In this document: in pieces, positions 1 through 12,032 of the stretch
Layout: every line of letters begins with the position of its first letter
How positions within the stretch are numbered: position 1 is the first letter of the stretch
Assembly: GCA_964255285.1 (NCBI GenBank)
Contig: CAXUUL010000086.1
Location: forward strand, 1 to 34,567
Direction of reading: 5' to 3'
Length of the DNA stretch: 34,567 nt
From: Ionaspis alba
Lineage: Eukaryota
Made by a program: the position numbers and the translations under genes
The notes under the pieces: generated by a model
Database searches by the model: none
Told to the model about the DNA's origin: nothing
The model's input: only the letters and a program-made list of their open reading frames with translations

Positions 1-3000
1 CCTCCACCCTCCCCTTTCCCCTTCCTTTCCTCTTCCTCTTCCCCCTCTCCTCACTCCCGCCTTCCCTTCTCCACCCCTTGACTTCCTTAACCACATCCCT
101 CAACCCCTCCTCCAACCCACTCATCCTGGCCAACATAATCTGTCCCATAACCGCCTCCCTTTCCCCCTCACTCTCTCTTACCTTGCCCCGACCAGCCATC
201 AACCAATCCATCTGCGTCGCGAAACTGCCAGGCATACCGCCTACGAAGCCTCCGCCTACTGCTTTGTTGTCCCCGAGATCGGAACCGATATCCAAGAGCG
301 CAGACGAGGGGCGCCGCGAGCTTCGTTGGCGCGTGTCCATTGCAAGCATGCCTGCGATGTTGGGTGCGGATTGGAAGGCTGAGCGGAGAGGCATGATGGG
401 TCGAGGTCGAGGCGCGTTGGCGGGATAGCGTTTCGGAGTGCGGCGGCCGGCGGTCGCGGGGGTGACGACGCCGCTTCCGGGAGCGGTGTTCCTGGCGCTG
501 TTCTTGGCGGTGATGTCGGCACGGCTGGGGGAAGAGTCGTCTTCGTCAGCGGGTTTGAGAGGAGGATTGTAGAGAATGGTGTTTGTGGAGAGGTTGCGAT
601 TGTGGGCTCGACGGGGGCGATCCGGACCGATGCGTGTAGGGGGTCGCTCGAAAGGGGAGCCAGCGAAGGATAGAGAGGATTGGTGTTGGGTTTGAGGGGG
701 TGCAGAGGCGGCAGGTCGCTGTTGGAAGTAGTCGGTGCGAGTGTCTCTGTTGGTCGAGCTGTCGCGGCGCTCGTCGATGGTGGCTTGTTCGATAGTCATG
801 CCGTCGTTGGTGACAAGCTCGTCGTCACCGTCACCGTCAGTTTGCTCTGGGAGGTCCTCCATGCTCATGTTCATGAGGCCGCTGTCGGTTCGACGATGAA
901 AAGATTGGCTTGGTCGACGATTGCCTACGAAATCTTCGGGATCTGATGCAATTGATCTCGTGGTAATCGAGAATTCTCGCCCAGGTCCTCGTCGCCGACA
1001 TAGGAATCGTCGATTCACAGAACCCGGAATCTCCAACCGGTCCACGATTTCTCGATCTTGCTCTTGTGGTGGACTTGCGGTGCCTTCTGGACCCATGCTT
1101 TGCATCCAACTTTTGACCACGTTACTTGTTTGGCGGCGCTCTTGACTTTGTTGAGTGGCTCGAAAAGTATTGTCTCGAAAGGGGCGTCGAAAAACTTCAT
1201 CGAGAGCACGGTCTTTGTGGAAAGTCGTGACAGATGGTTCCCGCAGCTTAGGGGGGTTTGGACTGAATAGATTGAGCCCTGTACCAGGGTTGTCGAAAGG
1301 TCTGGCTTCCTTCCCTTTACGTCCACGCTGTTGGATCATTTCGGTGGTCTCGAAGGCAGAACTTCGTAAAACAGTACGCTCATAGGCGTAGATAAGGAAG
1401 AGCACAGGAAAGTGGGTGACCTTGATTACTGTTCTATTTAGCCGAACGAATTGGCGGAATGGCAGTATGAACCGCAAAGGTGTTAGAAACCAGGCAAGGA
1501 TGTTGGTCGGAGCAATGTATGAGAACAAAGCATCGGACTTGACCATGGAGATGGCATTGACTGCAAAGACAAATTGATGTTCCTCGTTGGCATTCTGGAC
1601 GATAGCCATGAAAGAGTTTGTCAAAACAGTGATCAGTATGGTGACGATGAGGAAGTGACAAATGAACAGGAAGAGGGTCAAGATGCTCTTCCCGAGCATA
1701 TTGATGTTGTCCCATTGCTCCCAAGCAGCTGGCGTAAACCCCATAATCATCTGGAACAAAGCATATGCAACACGAGTACCATGGAAGTCTGGGTTGCCAA
1801 AGGACAAGCTGAAAGCGACAAAAAAGCCACTGCAGCTGATAACGATGAGTATGAAGACCGCGACGAGATCAAGAGCCATCATCCGGAATGCGATTAGTAA
1901 TTGGGAGAAGTAGCGGTAGTGGTCCAGCACAGAGAAAAGTCGTGGAAAGAGAAGAACAGCATTAGTGGCTAGTACGTCATAAGCCATGTCCGCGACGTGG
2001 TGCTTTCGAAGATCTGGCATTAGAATCCCGTATAGCCTCAAGCAATAGTAACAGATCAACAGGATGAGAATGCCAAGATCAAAGGCATTCCAGAAGCTCA
2101 GGATGTAGAGGCTAAACCCCTGTTCATTGAAGCCCACAACCTCATCAAGCATGAAGCCAGCGCTCCAGAACCAGAAAATCACTTCCAATACCGTGATCTT
2201 GAGAGACCGCTCGACTAGGACGGCAAGGAAAAGTCCTAGCAGGACGGCCAGCGAACAAGTAGAGAGGAATTGGCGATAGCGAGGTACCCTGAGTCTAGAC
2301 AACTTGAACAAAGAAGCATCTCTAGGATCATACAATGTCACAGACCGCCGGACAGTGAACACAACCGAGTCTGCATGGTCTCTTTGCTTGGCAGGCTGCA
2401 AACGATCCGGGGAGGCCAATAGGACTGGTCCGCTGGGCCCAATGGCACCATATCCACGGTTCTGGTTTGGAGTGACCTTTGTTGGAGCACGATGGAGGTT
2501 GTCTGCCGAGGAATGAAACACAATGGTACCAGCCCAGATGGCTTCGAGCTGTTGGACCACGAGTGGGTGCGCAAGAAATCGTTTGGCTTGTGCCCGGATA
2601 GCGATCTCAAGAGTTGATATCCTAGCCACTCGGGGCTGTGGCCAGGGCCTTGAAGCATTCATGTCCCAATTTGGTGTGGGTGTGAGCGTGGCACTTCCTG
2701 GGGCAGAGAGTCCTTGGAGGGGATAGAAGTCGTATGACAGCGCGTCTAATTAATATCATTCAGTAAAGGGGCTATGTATGGCGCTAAGAATTGGCCGAGG
2801 AGCATACCAATCTGTGCACTTGTTAGTATTCAAGTTGTTGATCGCTATCAGCAACATACCAATTCTCTTGTGCTGTACTCTTTCAGAAGCTTGATAGCAA
2901 GTAACTCGCAGACCAATGCCCTAGTCTTGCTTGTCCCACTGTTTCCTGGATTCATTTGTACCTCCTTGTTGAATTGTAGACAATTGGCTAGGAGCGCGTA

Positions 3001-3502
3001 TAGAGTGGCTCGAGAGAAGTGCGCTGTCAAGATCTGTTGTTGCATAGGCTTGACTAAGAATTGTGATACTTGTGGCGATCGGAGCTGGTCCCAGGAGAGG
3101 GTGGTCTCGCATCGTGGAACGATGACCAAACGGATAGTATGGGTCAAGTTATACACCGGTAACGCGTCTACAGCTAATCAGTACGTGGAAGTCTGCGTTG
3201 AGCGAATAGATGCCCGAACCTAAATGGGATGCCTCAAAAATGGGCAGCAGAGGTGTATTTTGATGCCCGTCGTCGTCGCCATCTTCATCCTCGTCGTCTT
3301 CCGCCTCTTCCGCATCATCACCGTCATCCTCGGGTTCCTCTCCATCCCGGACAGACTCATAATCTGCAGCAACATGTCTTCGCTCCTGAGCATTGCCTCG
3401 GCGTGCTGCGATTGGAGATGTCCGTTGGGTGAAAGGAGAGGAGAAAGGACTACGGTCGGCGTGGTGTAAACCCTTCTTGGTCCCGAAAAGCGAAGAAAGC
3501 AT
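1..3502 (-). CDS. YVC1/TRP-like non-selective cation channel (3'-partial; runs off the window start). Exons 3502-3220, 3167-2860, 2811-2808 (4-nt microexon), 2745-<1
   Basis: The spliced translation gives TPLLPIFEASHLDALPVYNLTH, QLRSPQVSQFLVKP, ELIDALSYDFYPLQG, AKRFLAHPLVVQQLEAIWAG, LSRLRVPRY, SFWNAFDLGI, GFTPAAW, TVLTNSF and NANEEHQF, with several hydrophobic TM segments. Introns 3219-3168, 2859-2812 and 2807-2746 are GT-AG. The long last exon has no stop inside the window, which would explain its absence from the ORF track. Confidence 0.85.
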
Positions 3503-4159
3503 TGCTCTCCATCAGCGAACGAATGAGAGCGTAGCCGGACGTGGCTATTCTTCACTGGCGGTTAGATTGTGCTGGCTGATGCAGCATGCCAGATCATGAG
3601 TGGTCGAAGGGGTTTGTGGGGAAAGCAAATTTAAGAGTGGCAGAATTGAGACGCGAAAGGACTGCGATAAGGAACATCGTTTATCTATGTTCGCTCGATT
3701 TCCTAGGAGCAGATGAAAACTCTGATCATCTGACCGTAATTCTGCACTTGGGCTTCCGCATCAAGATCATAGAGGTTGCACGCCCGAGGATTCTCCATAA
3801 TTAAATGCATGTGGTTCTCGAGTTGCAGCCAATCAGAATGCCTACATGCTTCACCGCCTGGAGGAAACATGCTACATCTTCATATCACGAGAATGCAGAC
3901 GGCATGTTTAGATCGTCCTGTAGAGCACATGCATTCCCCATCTACCTATGAAAGTCAATCACCAGATCTTTTGTGCAACATAATGGTAATTGGTCTGATT
4001 ATGCCTGACGGTGCATCCTTACCCTCGGGGTCTGATGCGGCTCTAATGTCATCATGGATTCGATCCTAGACAAGTGTCTCGTGCACTACGCTAGCCACGC
4101 ATATGCAGGGGTTCAATCACTAGTGCCCGAGATCTAATCGGATTCGCTTAAAAAAAACT

Positions 4160-4165
4160 TGACTC
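4160..4165 (+). promoter_or_regulatory. Possible Gcn4/CpcA-type element (TGACTC) next to a poly(A) tract upstream of the pyrimidine biosynthesis gene
   Basis: TGACTC lies about 210 nt upstream of the ATG at 4371 and is preceded by an A-run at 4150-4157. It is a short motif and could occur by chance. Confidence 0.3.
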
Positions 4166-4370
4166 GAAAAGCCGTAAGTATGCACAGGCAAGTCATGTCT
4201 CAACACAAATTGGCATCAACACACTCGCCGTCAACACTCAATCTCCAGTGTTGAAGCAATGGTGCCCATATATTTTTCTCCGACGTGATTACTTCTCTTT
4301 CTTTCCTACCCCAACTCTACAACTCTTAACTTCAACTACATCCTTTACTTTCTCACAAGCTAAGCGAGCC

Positions 4371-7300
4371 ATGACTTCCTCGAAGTCATCAAATGGCATT
4401 GTGCCACACACAACTACTCGAGACACTCAAGACAGCAAAGACAGCAAAGACAGCAGTGGTGAAATGCTGGTTGTACGATCATCACTCAATCATGCAGCTA
4501 GTCTACAGAACGGGCACGATGCCGCTTCAGAAATGTCCACAACAAACGGCATTGACAACCATAAGTCACACTCGCCAATTTCTGTACATCCCGCTGAACG
4601 GGATTCTGACAGAAATATGATGCTGGAACTTAAGGATGGCACTACTTATGAAGGCTTCAGCTTTGGAGCCCACAAGAGTGTTGCCGGTGAACTTGTATTC
4701 CAGACCGGTATGGTAGGATATCCAGAAGCAGTAACGGATCCCTCCTACAGAGGTCAAATATTGGTCATCACATTTCCTCTGGTCGGAAACTACGGTGTTC
4801 CACCACGAGAAACAGTAGATGATCTGCTCAGCGAACTACCAGCCCACTTCGAGTCTTCCGAGATTCACATTGCGGGCTTGGTCGTTGCTTCTTACTCTGG
4901 AGAAGATTTCTCCAACTATCTAGCGTCTTCTTCACTTGGAACATGGCTGAAGGAGCAGAATGTTCCTGCCATGTACGGAGTGGACACCAGGGCTCTGACA
5001 AAGAAAATTCGGAAGCAAGGCAGCATGCTCGGGAAGCTGCTCCTGAAGTTGAGTGTGGACAAAGGTCCTTTGGTCAACGGGCATTCAACTCAAAAACCCC
5101 CATCAACCCCCAGCTGGCAAAGGTCTTATGAACACATTGAATGGATTGATCCGAATAAGAGCAATCTTGTGGCTGCCGGTGAGCATTTCGCATACTGTCC
5201 ACTCTCCTTCACAATAATCACCTCTAACGCTCTCATCCAGTCTCTTGCCGGAAACCCCACTTATATCGACCACGACCTTCTTCAGCCCTTCAACACCCTT
5301 CTGGACGACCAGTTCGTGTTCTATGTGTTGATGTCGGCCTCAAATACAACCAGCTTCGGTGTCTCGTCTCCAGGGGTGTTGAAGTTCAGGTCGTCCCCTG
5401 GGACTATGACTTTCCTAATCTTGCTGGCAAGGACTACGATGGTCTCTTCATCTCTAATGGACCAGGTGACCCAGCCTTACTTACCAAGACTATCAGCCAC
5501 ATCTCAACGGCCATGGCTGAAGGCAGAACCCCTATCTTTGGAATCTGCTTGGGACATCAGCTCTTGGCAAGAGCAGCTGGTGCTACAACACTAAAGATGA
5601 AGTTCGGAAATCGAGGCCATAACATCCCTTGCACCAGTCTGCTATCAGGGAAATGCTACATCACGTCACAGAACCATGGTTTCGCAGTGGACTCATCGAG
5701 CCTTTCTGAAGGCTGGGAAGAGCTCTTTGTCAATGCAAACGACGGTAGTAATGAAGGAATCAGACACGCTGAGCGGCCTTACTTTAGTGTCCAGTTTCAT
5801 CCTGAGAGTACACCCGGCCCACGAGACACAGAGTTCCTCTTTGATGTGTTCATCAATGCCATCAAGAGCACCATGTCTTCGGCAGAGAATCTCCTCAAAC
5901 CTGTGAAGTTTCCTGGTGGAACTATAAATGAGAACGAGAAGTTGTATCCAAGAGTGACGGTGAAGAAGGTTCTGGTACTCGGAAGTGGAGGGCTGAGCAT
6001 CGGACAGGCAGGAGAATTCGACTACTCTGGTAGTCAGGCAATCAAGGCTTTGAAGCAGGAAGGCATTTACACCGTCCTAATCAATCCCAATATTGCCACC
6101 ATTCAGACGTCCAAAGGCCTTGCCGATAAGGTCTATTTCCTACCCGTCAATACAGACTTCGTTCGAAAGGTCATCAAACATGAGCGACCGGACGCAATTT
6201 ATGTCACTTTTGGAGGACAAACGGCTCTACAGGTTGGCATACAGCTGAAAGACGAATTTGAGGAGTTGGGTGTCCAGGTTCTTGGGACGCCTATTGATAC
6301 GATCATTACCACTGAAGATCGCGAGCTGTTCGCTCGCAGCATGGAGTCGATAGGTGAGAAGTGTGCCAAATCTGCCTCTGCGAACTCCGTAGAAGAGGCA
6401 CTCCGCGTGGTCAAAGACATTGGCTTCCCCGTCATTGTGCGGGCAGCATATGCTCTGGGTGGACTTGGCAGTGGCTTTGCTTACAACGAGCAACAGCTGC
6501 TCGATTTGTGCACAAAAGCTTTTGCTGCGAGCCCTCAAGTGCTGGTGGAAAAGAGCATGAAGGGATGGAAGGAGATCGAATATGAAGTCGTTCGTGATGC
6601 TCGAGATAACTGCATCACGGTGTGCAACATGGAGAATTTCGATCCGCTCGGGATTCACACAGGCGATTCTATCGTCGTGGCACCTTCGCAGACCCTGTCA
6701 GACGAGGACTATAACATGCTGAGGACAACAGCAGTGAACGTGATTCGCCATCTCGGCGTTGTTGGAGAATGCAATATTCAGTACGCACTGAACCCTTTCT
6801 CGAAAGAATATTGCATCATCGAAGTCAATGCTCGACTTTCAAGATCATCTGCCCTAGCATCTAAGGCCACTGGCTACCCTTTGGCGTTTATTGCAGCCAA
6901 ATTAGGTCTGGGAATACCCTTGAACGAAATCTCCAACTCTGTGACAAAGGTTACTTGCGCGTGCTTTGAGCCCTCTCTCGACTACGTTGTGGTGAAGATC
7001 CCTCGATGGGATCTAAAGAAATTCCTTAGGGTCTCAACCCAACTCAATTCCTCCATGAAGAGTGTCGGAGAAGTCATGAGCATCGGAAGAACTTTCGAAG
7101 AAGCGATACAGAAAGCGATACGAGCCATTGACTTTCACAATCTTGGCTTCAACCAGACGAATGCCCTCATGTCGATCGATAACGAATTGCAGACACCATC
7201 AGACCAACGCCTTTTTGCTATTGCCAATGCCATGCACTCCGGGTACTCGGTGGAAAAGATCTGGGAAATGACACAAATTGACAAGTGGTTTCTCAGCAAG

Positions 7301-10166
7301 CTCAAAGGTCTCAGCGACTTCGGCAAGCTGATGACAACGTTCAAAGCATCGACCGTACCCACCAACCTCATACGTCAAGCGAAGCAGCTGGGATTTGCAG
7401 ACCGGCAGCTTGCTAAGTTCTGGAATACGAATGAGTTGGAAGTACGTCAACTGCGGATCGAAGCAGGCATAACACCTGTGGTGAAACAGATCGACACGGT
7501 TGCTGCAGAATTTCCTGCTTACACGAACTATTTATATTTGACTTACAATGGCACTGAACACGATATAAGCTTCGAGGATCATGGAGTCATGGTGCTGGGG
7601 TCAGGTGTCTACCGGATAGGCTCCTCTGTCGAATTCGATTGGTGTTCGGTCCGAGCGATTCGTACTCTACGGGATGAAGGTTTCAAGACTATTATGGTGA
7701 ACTATAATCCCGAGACCGTAAGTACCGACTACGATGAGGCAGACCGCTTGTATTTCGAGAACATCAACCTCGAATCGGTGCTCGATATTTACCAAATGGA
7801 GTCATCGAGTGGCGTTATCATCTCCGTCGGCGGGCAAACACCTAACAATATTGCTCTACCACTTCACCAACTGAACGTCAAAGTCATTGGTACATCACCA
7901 GAGATGATCGATACAGCCGAGAACCGATACAAGTTCTCGCGTATGCTGGACCGGATTTTCGTGGACCAGCCTGCCTGGAAGGAGTTGACCAGCATTGGAG
8001 AGGCCACCGAGTTCTGCGCGAAAGTGACATACCCGGTGCTGGTCCGGCCCTCGTATGTTCTCTCTGGGGCTGCTATGAACACCGTGTACTCGAAAGACGA
8101 TCTAGCCAACTATCTCAATCAGGCTGCAGAAGTGTCTCGAGATCATCCAGTCGTGATCACTAAATATATCGAGAATGCTAAAGAGATCGAGATGGACGCG
8201 GTGGCTCAGAACGGGAAAATGGTCGGGCACTTCATTTCAGAGCATGTCGAGAACGCTGGTGTTCACTCAGGAGACGCTACACTGATTCTACCACCTCAGG
8301 ATCTCGACCCAGAGACTGTTCGACGTATTGAAGAAGCGACACGTAAGATCGGGAATGCCTTGAATGTCACTGGTCCCTTCAATATCCAGTTCATTGCCAA
8401 GGATAACGAGATCAAGGTCATCGAATGCAACGTACGTGCATCGAGGTCCTTTCCCTTCGTTTCCAAGGTCATGGGCGTGGACCTTATCGAACTTGCAACA
8501 AAGGCTATGATGGGGCTACCACTCATTGAGTACCCGCCGACAAATATCCCACAGGACTACGTCGGTGTCAAGGTCCCTCAATTTTCCTTTTCAAGGCTTT
8601 CGGGCGCAGATCCGGTCCTCGGGGTGGAGATGGCTTCAACTGGTGAGGTCGCATGTTTCGGAAGGGACAAGTATGAAGCGTACCTCAAAGCATTGATCTC
8701 GACCGGCTTCAGACTGCCCAACAGAAACATACTTCTCTCTATCGGGTCTTTCAAGGACAAAGCTGAGATGCTTCCTTCAGTTGGAAAGCTGCATAAACTT
8801 GGTTACAACATCTTTGCAACTGCTGGGACCGCGGACTACCTGCAAGAGCACGGTGTTCCGGTGAAGTATCTTGAAATTCTCGCCAACGAAGAAGCAAACC
8901 AGAAACATGAATATTCTCTCCAGCAGCATCTTGCCAAAAACCTTATCGACCTCTATATAAATCTCCCCTCCAGCAACCGCTTCCGACGCCCGGCGAACTA
9001 TATGAGCAAAGGCTACAAAACGCGGCGCATGGCAGTCGACTACCAAGTTCCTCTTGTGACAAACGTCAAAAACGCCAAAATTCTCATCGAAGCCATTGCC
9101 CGACATTTCACCCTCGACATCCTCTCTATCGACTGCAAGACGCCCTCTCTCCATGACCTCCTCTCGCACTCCCCGTTCAAACAAACCTCGATACTCTCCG
9201 TCACACAATTCACACGCCAAGATTTGCATCACCTCTTCACTGTCGCCGCCGAAATGCGCCTCGGCGTCCAGCGTACCGGCGTCCTCGACATCCTCAAGGG
9301 CCGAGTGATCACTACTCTCTTTGCCGAGCCATCGACCCGTACTTCTGTCTCCTTCTCGGTCGCTATGCAGCGTCTCGGTGGGCAAGTGACCGACGTTCCG
9401 ACCACGCGCTCGAGTCTTCAGAAAGGCGAGACCCTGCAAGACACGATCTGTACGCTGGCCTGCTTCAGTGACGGCATCATCCTACGGCATCCAGATGCCG
9501 ACTCCATGTCAAGAGCCGCAGCTGTCTCTACGGTACCCATTTTCAATGCTGGCAATGGAACCAAGGAACACCCGACCCAGGCCTTCCTGGATCTCTTCAC
9601 CATTCGTGAGGAACTGGGCACTATCACGGGGCTGACTATCACCTTCGTCGGCGACCTGCGCTACGGCCGGACTGTGCACTCCCTCTGCACACTTCTCTCC
9701 CATTATGCCGTGACCATCCAACTCGTCTCCCCGCCCTCGCTCGTTCTGCCATCTGATATTCGCGACTCTATAGTCGCAGCTGGCCACCTGCTTACGGAGT
9801 CTCACGCTCTGACGCCTGACATCGTAGCAAGAAGCGATGTGCTATACTGCACGCGGGTACAGAAGGAGCGATTCGAGGATCTGGGAGAGTATGAGAAGGT
9901 GAGAGGGGGCTTGGTGGTTGATGAGAAGGTGATGAGCAACGCGAAGAAGAATATGGTCGTCATGCATCCGCTGCCCAGGAACGAGGAGCTGAGTACGGAG
10001 GTGGACAGGGACCCGAGGGCGGCTTATTTCAGACAGGTGAGTTTTGTGCATGTCTTGGGAGAGAAGGAGAGAGTGTGGGAACGATGGCTAACGACTTGGT
10101 GCGTAATAGATGCAATATGGGCTTTATGTTCGGATGGCGCTTTTGGCTTTGGTGTTGGCGCCTTGA
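4371..10166 (+). CDS. URA2: CAD-like multifunctional pyrimidine enzyme (GATase-CPSase-ATCase; Ura2/PyrABCN) lacking the pseudo-dihydroorotase domain. Exons 4371-5178, 5241-10036, 10110-10166 (about 1886 aa)
   Basis: GATase motifs [23 protein letters not shown] (catalytic Cys) and QFHPE. CPSase motifs [14 protein letters not shown] and [15 protein letters not shown], then an MGS-like allosteric region. ATCase motifs [33 protein letters not shown] and MHPLPR. Introns 5179-5240 (GTGAGC..CAG) and 10037-10109 (GTGAGT..TAG) restore LVAAVSCRKP and [19 protein letters not shown] context is gccATG. Confidence 0.95.
4429..4455 (+). repeat. 9-bp tandem repeat (AAGACAGCA x3) encoding QDSKDSKDS in the low-complexity N-terminus of URA2
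   Basis: Three exact copies are directly visible. Confidence 0.85.
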
Positions 10167-10833
10167 TTGGGTAATTTGGGATGGTAACATGCTTCTTGGA
10201 ATGGTAAAAGTGATTTTGTTCTTCTAGCGTGCATGACACGAGTTGGAAATGAGTGAGGGCCAGCGCCTTCGATGTAGTACGTTTCATATATAGAGGGTTT
10301 GGATGGGAATGGCTCGGTTCTGGATAGAGAAAAAGTCCACTTGCTCTTGAGGAAATATTTAAGTTTTGCATCATTACGACCTTGCCACATACATGGAATA
10401 TGTCATGGGAGTGCCAAAAGTGTGCAATTGGTCAGACTTAGTAGAGCCTACGGCTCATTTCTTTATGCGGGCAAGCCATATAGAGAGCCAATATGCTGTG
10501 GTAGAAGCATCTAAAAATCACTATAGCTCCCCCCCTGGAACCAAGCAAATCCGAAACATCACTCTACTCTCTATCAATGTGAGCTTTTACGGCCTTAGTG
10601 TAGGAGGATATTTACATACGCTCAGATCCATTTTGAGCCGCCAGAGTTACTTGCAGCTAGCAGTAGTAGTTGACAACCGCGCAGACAATTATCTAATCTG
10701 AACCTTCATTCGCAGTCACTCTTTGGATATCTGCCTTGAAAGTGATCAAATCAGTAGAGTACCTCGAAATCAGCTTCGGAATTCATTATCTCTATGTCCC
10801 TCTAACAGCACAGGAATTGTAGCCGTCCATTCC

Positions 10834-11809
10834 TCAGCCACATCCCTTCGGCTGTTTGGTCCAGCTAACCACATTGATTTGTAGTTCCTGTAATAAGGTA
10901 GGCTCGATCTCCTGATAGTACCACATATGCAAGACTTCCGGAATGTACACCTTTTCTTTTGCCGCTTCCAGAGCCTTTCCTACTGCAACGAAGGTAGGGT
11001 CGCCATTGACGAACTCAAGGTTTCGGAGATTCGGCATGCTCCTGAAGAGCTCCGTGATTGTATGAAAGAGCGTGACCACCAGTCCATCTATGAGACTCTC
11101 GAGCCACTCTGCTGCAAGACCCTCTTGGCAGCTGGAGGAGTTGATATTGTCGAATCCAATAATAAATTTCCGCAACCTTGGCATGTGTTGACGAACTATC
11201 TCGAGCCACAATACTGTGGGGTTCACTCCTTCTAAGAGGTCCCCACAATTTGAGTGCAACACACGTATCGCCGCGGTCAAAACTGGGCTAATGTGGTGAA
11301 GTAGAGACGGAAATGCCATTCGACTCAGCCACACAGGCATGGAATGCCATACGTAGTCGAAGAATTTTGCAACATCATTGGATATCTTCCTCTCTGCATC
11401 GTCGCAGTCCTAAAGAATCGGCAAGGTAACGGAATCGTCATCTTCGCCAATGAATTCTAGTATGGAAGAATAGCTATCGCTGTCGTTGGTCACAACGAAT
11501 ATGTTTTGACGTAAAGAACTGATACCGCTTCTTGATGAACCGCTTGAGAGACCTCTAGGATGCGAACATGTAATCCAGTACGCATTTTGCTTTTGATCGT
11601 GCGTGGAAGCGGTAGTTTTGTGATCGGTATGGAGCAGGACTTGGTATATCTTCTTCCGAATCTCTGCATCAAATCACTCTCATCGGCTACTAGCGAGCAA
11701 TCAAATCACAAGATCCTAGTCGATGTTGGTAAAATTAAAATCACCTCTATCGTCTGGCTGGATGGAGGAGGAAGGCAGAAGTCACGGAGCATCTTCTTGA
11801 TGTAATCAT
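10834..11809 (-). pseudogene. Probable pseudogene of an F-box-like (LPxEIRxxIY-type) hypothetical protein
   Basis: EIRKKIYQVLL starts at 11664 and LHVRILEVSQAVHQEAVSVLY sits in a different frame. QNIF returns to the first frame, an in-frame TAG lies at 11412-11410, and the ORF 11340-10834 has LRNLEF-type LRR-like segments. No clean first exon or splice donor was found. Confidence 0.55.
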
Positions 11810-12032
11810 GCGATGGCAGATGACTTTATCAAACCCGCGCTAATTGCATTGACCTTGGCGTTGTTTCAGTGTTGCTTCTGATGTTCACTGAATATAGAAG
11901 CTTACTTTCAATCGTTCTACCATCTTTGTGACATAGAGGAGACCTCTTTCATCACGAGCACAGGAAGTACCACCTTCGCAGACAACTGTACTGCTGGCAA
12001 AGAGACTGAGTTACATGCAAGCAAAATGGGCG

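Noticed and set aside
1..200. C/T-rich tract as a microsatellite or telomeric repeat
   Set aside because: It is not periodic. It is the G/A-rich coding 3' end of the minus-strand channel gene.
3800..3940. Cluster of ATGC/CATG words as a repeat or MITE remnant
   Set aside because: There is no consistent unit, terminal inverted repeat or target-site duplication.
4180..4254. 24-codon uORF upstream of a carbamoyl-phosphate synthetase gene as an arginine attenuator peptide
   Set aside because: It has no similarity to the AAP core (DYLSDHxW), and the gene is the pyrimidine-specific Ura2 type, not CPA1/arg-2.
4248..5594. Separate 448-aa and 1553-aa ORFs as split GATase and CPSase genes or a frameshift
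   Set aside because: They are joined by the canonical 62-nt intron 5179-5240.
8777..9439. 220-aa antisense ORF and the many other short overlapping ORFs in the track
   Set aside because: These are shadow ORFs of real coding sequence with biased codon usage and have no independent motifs.
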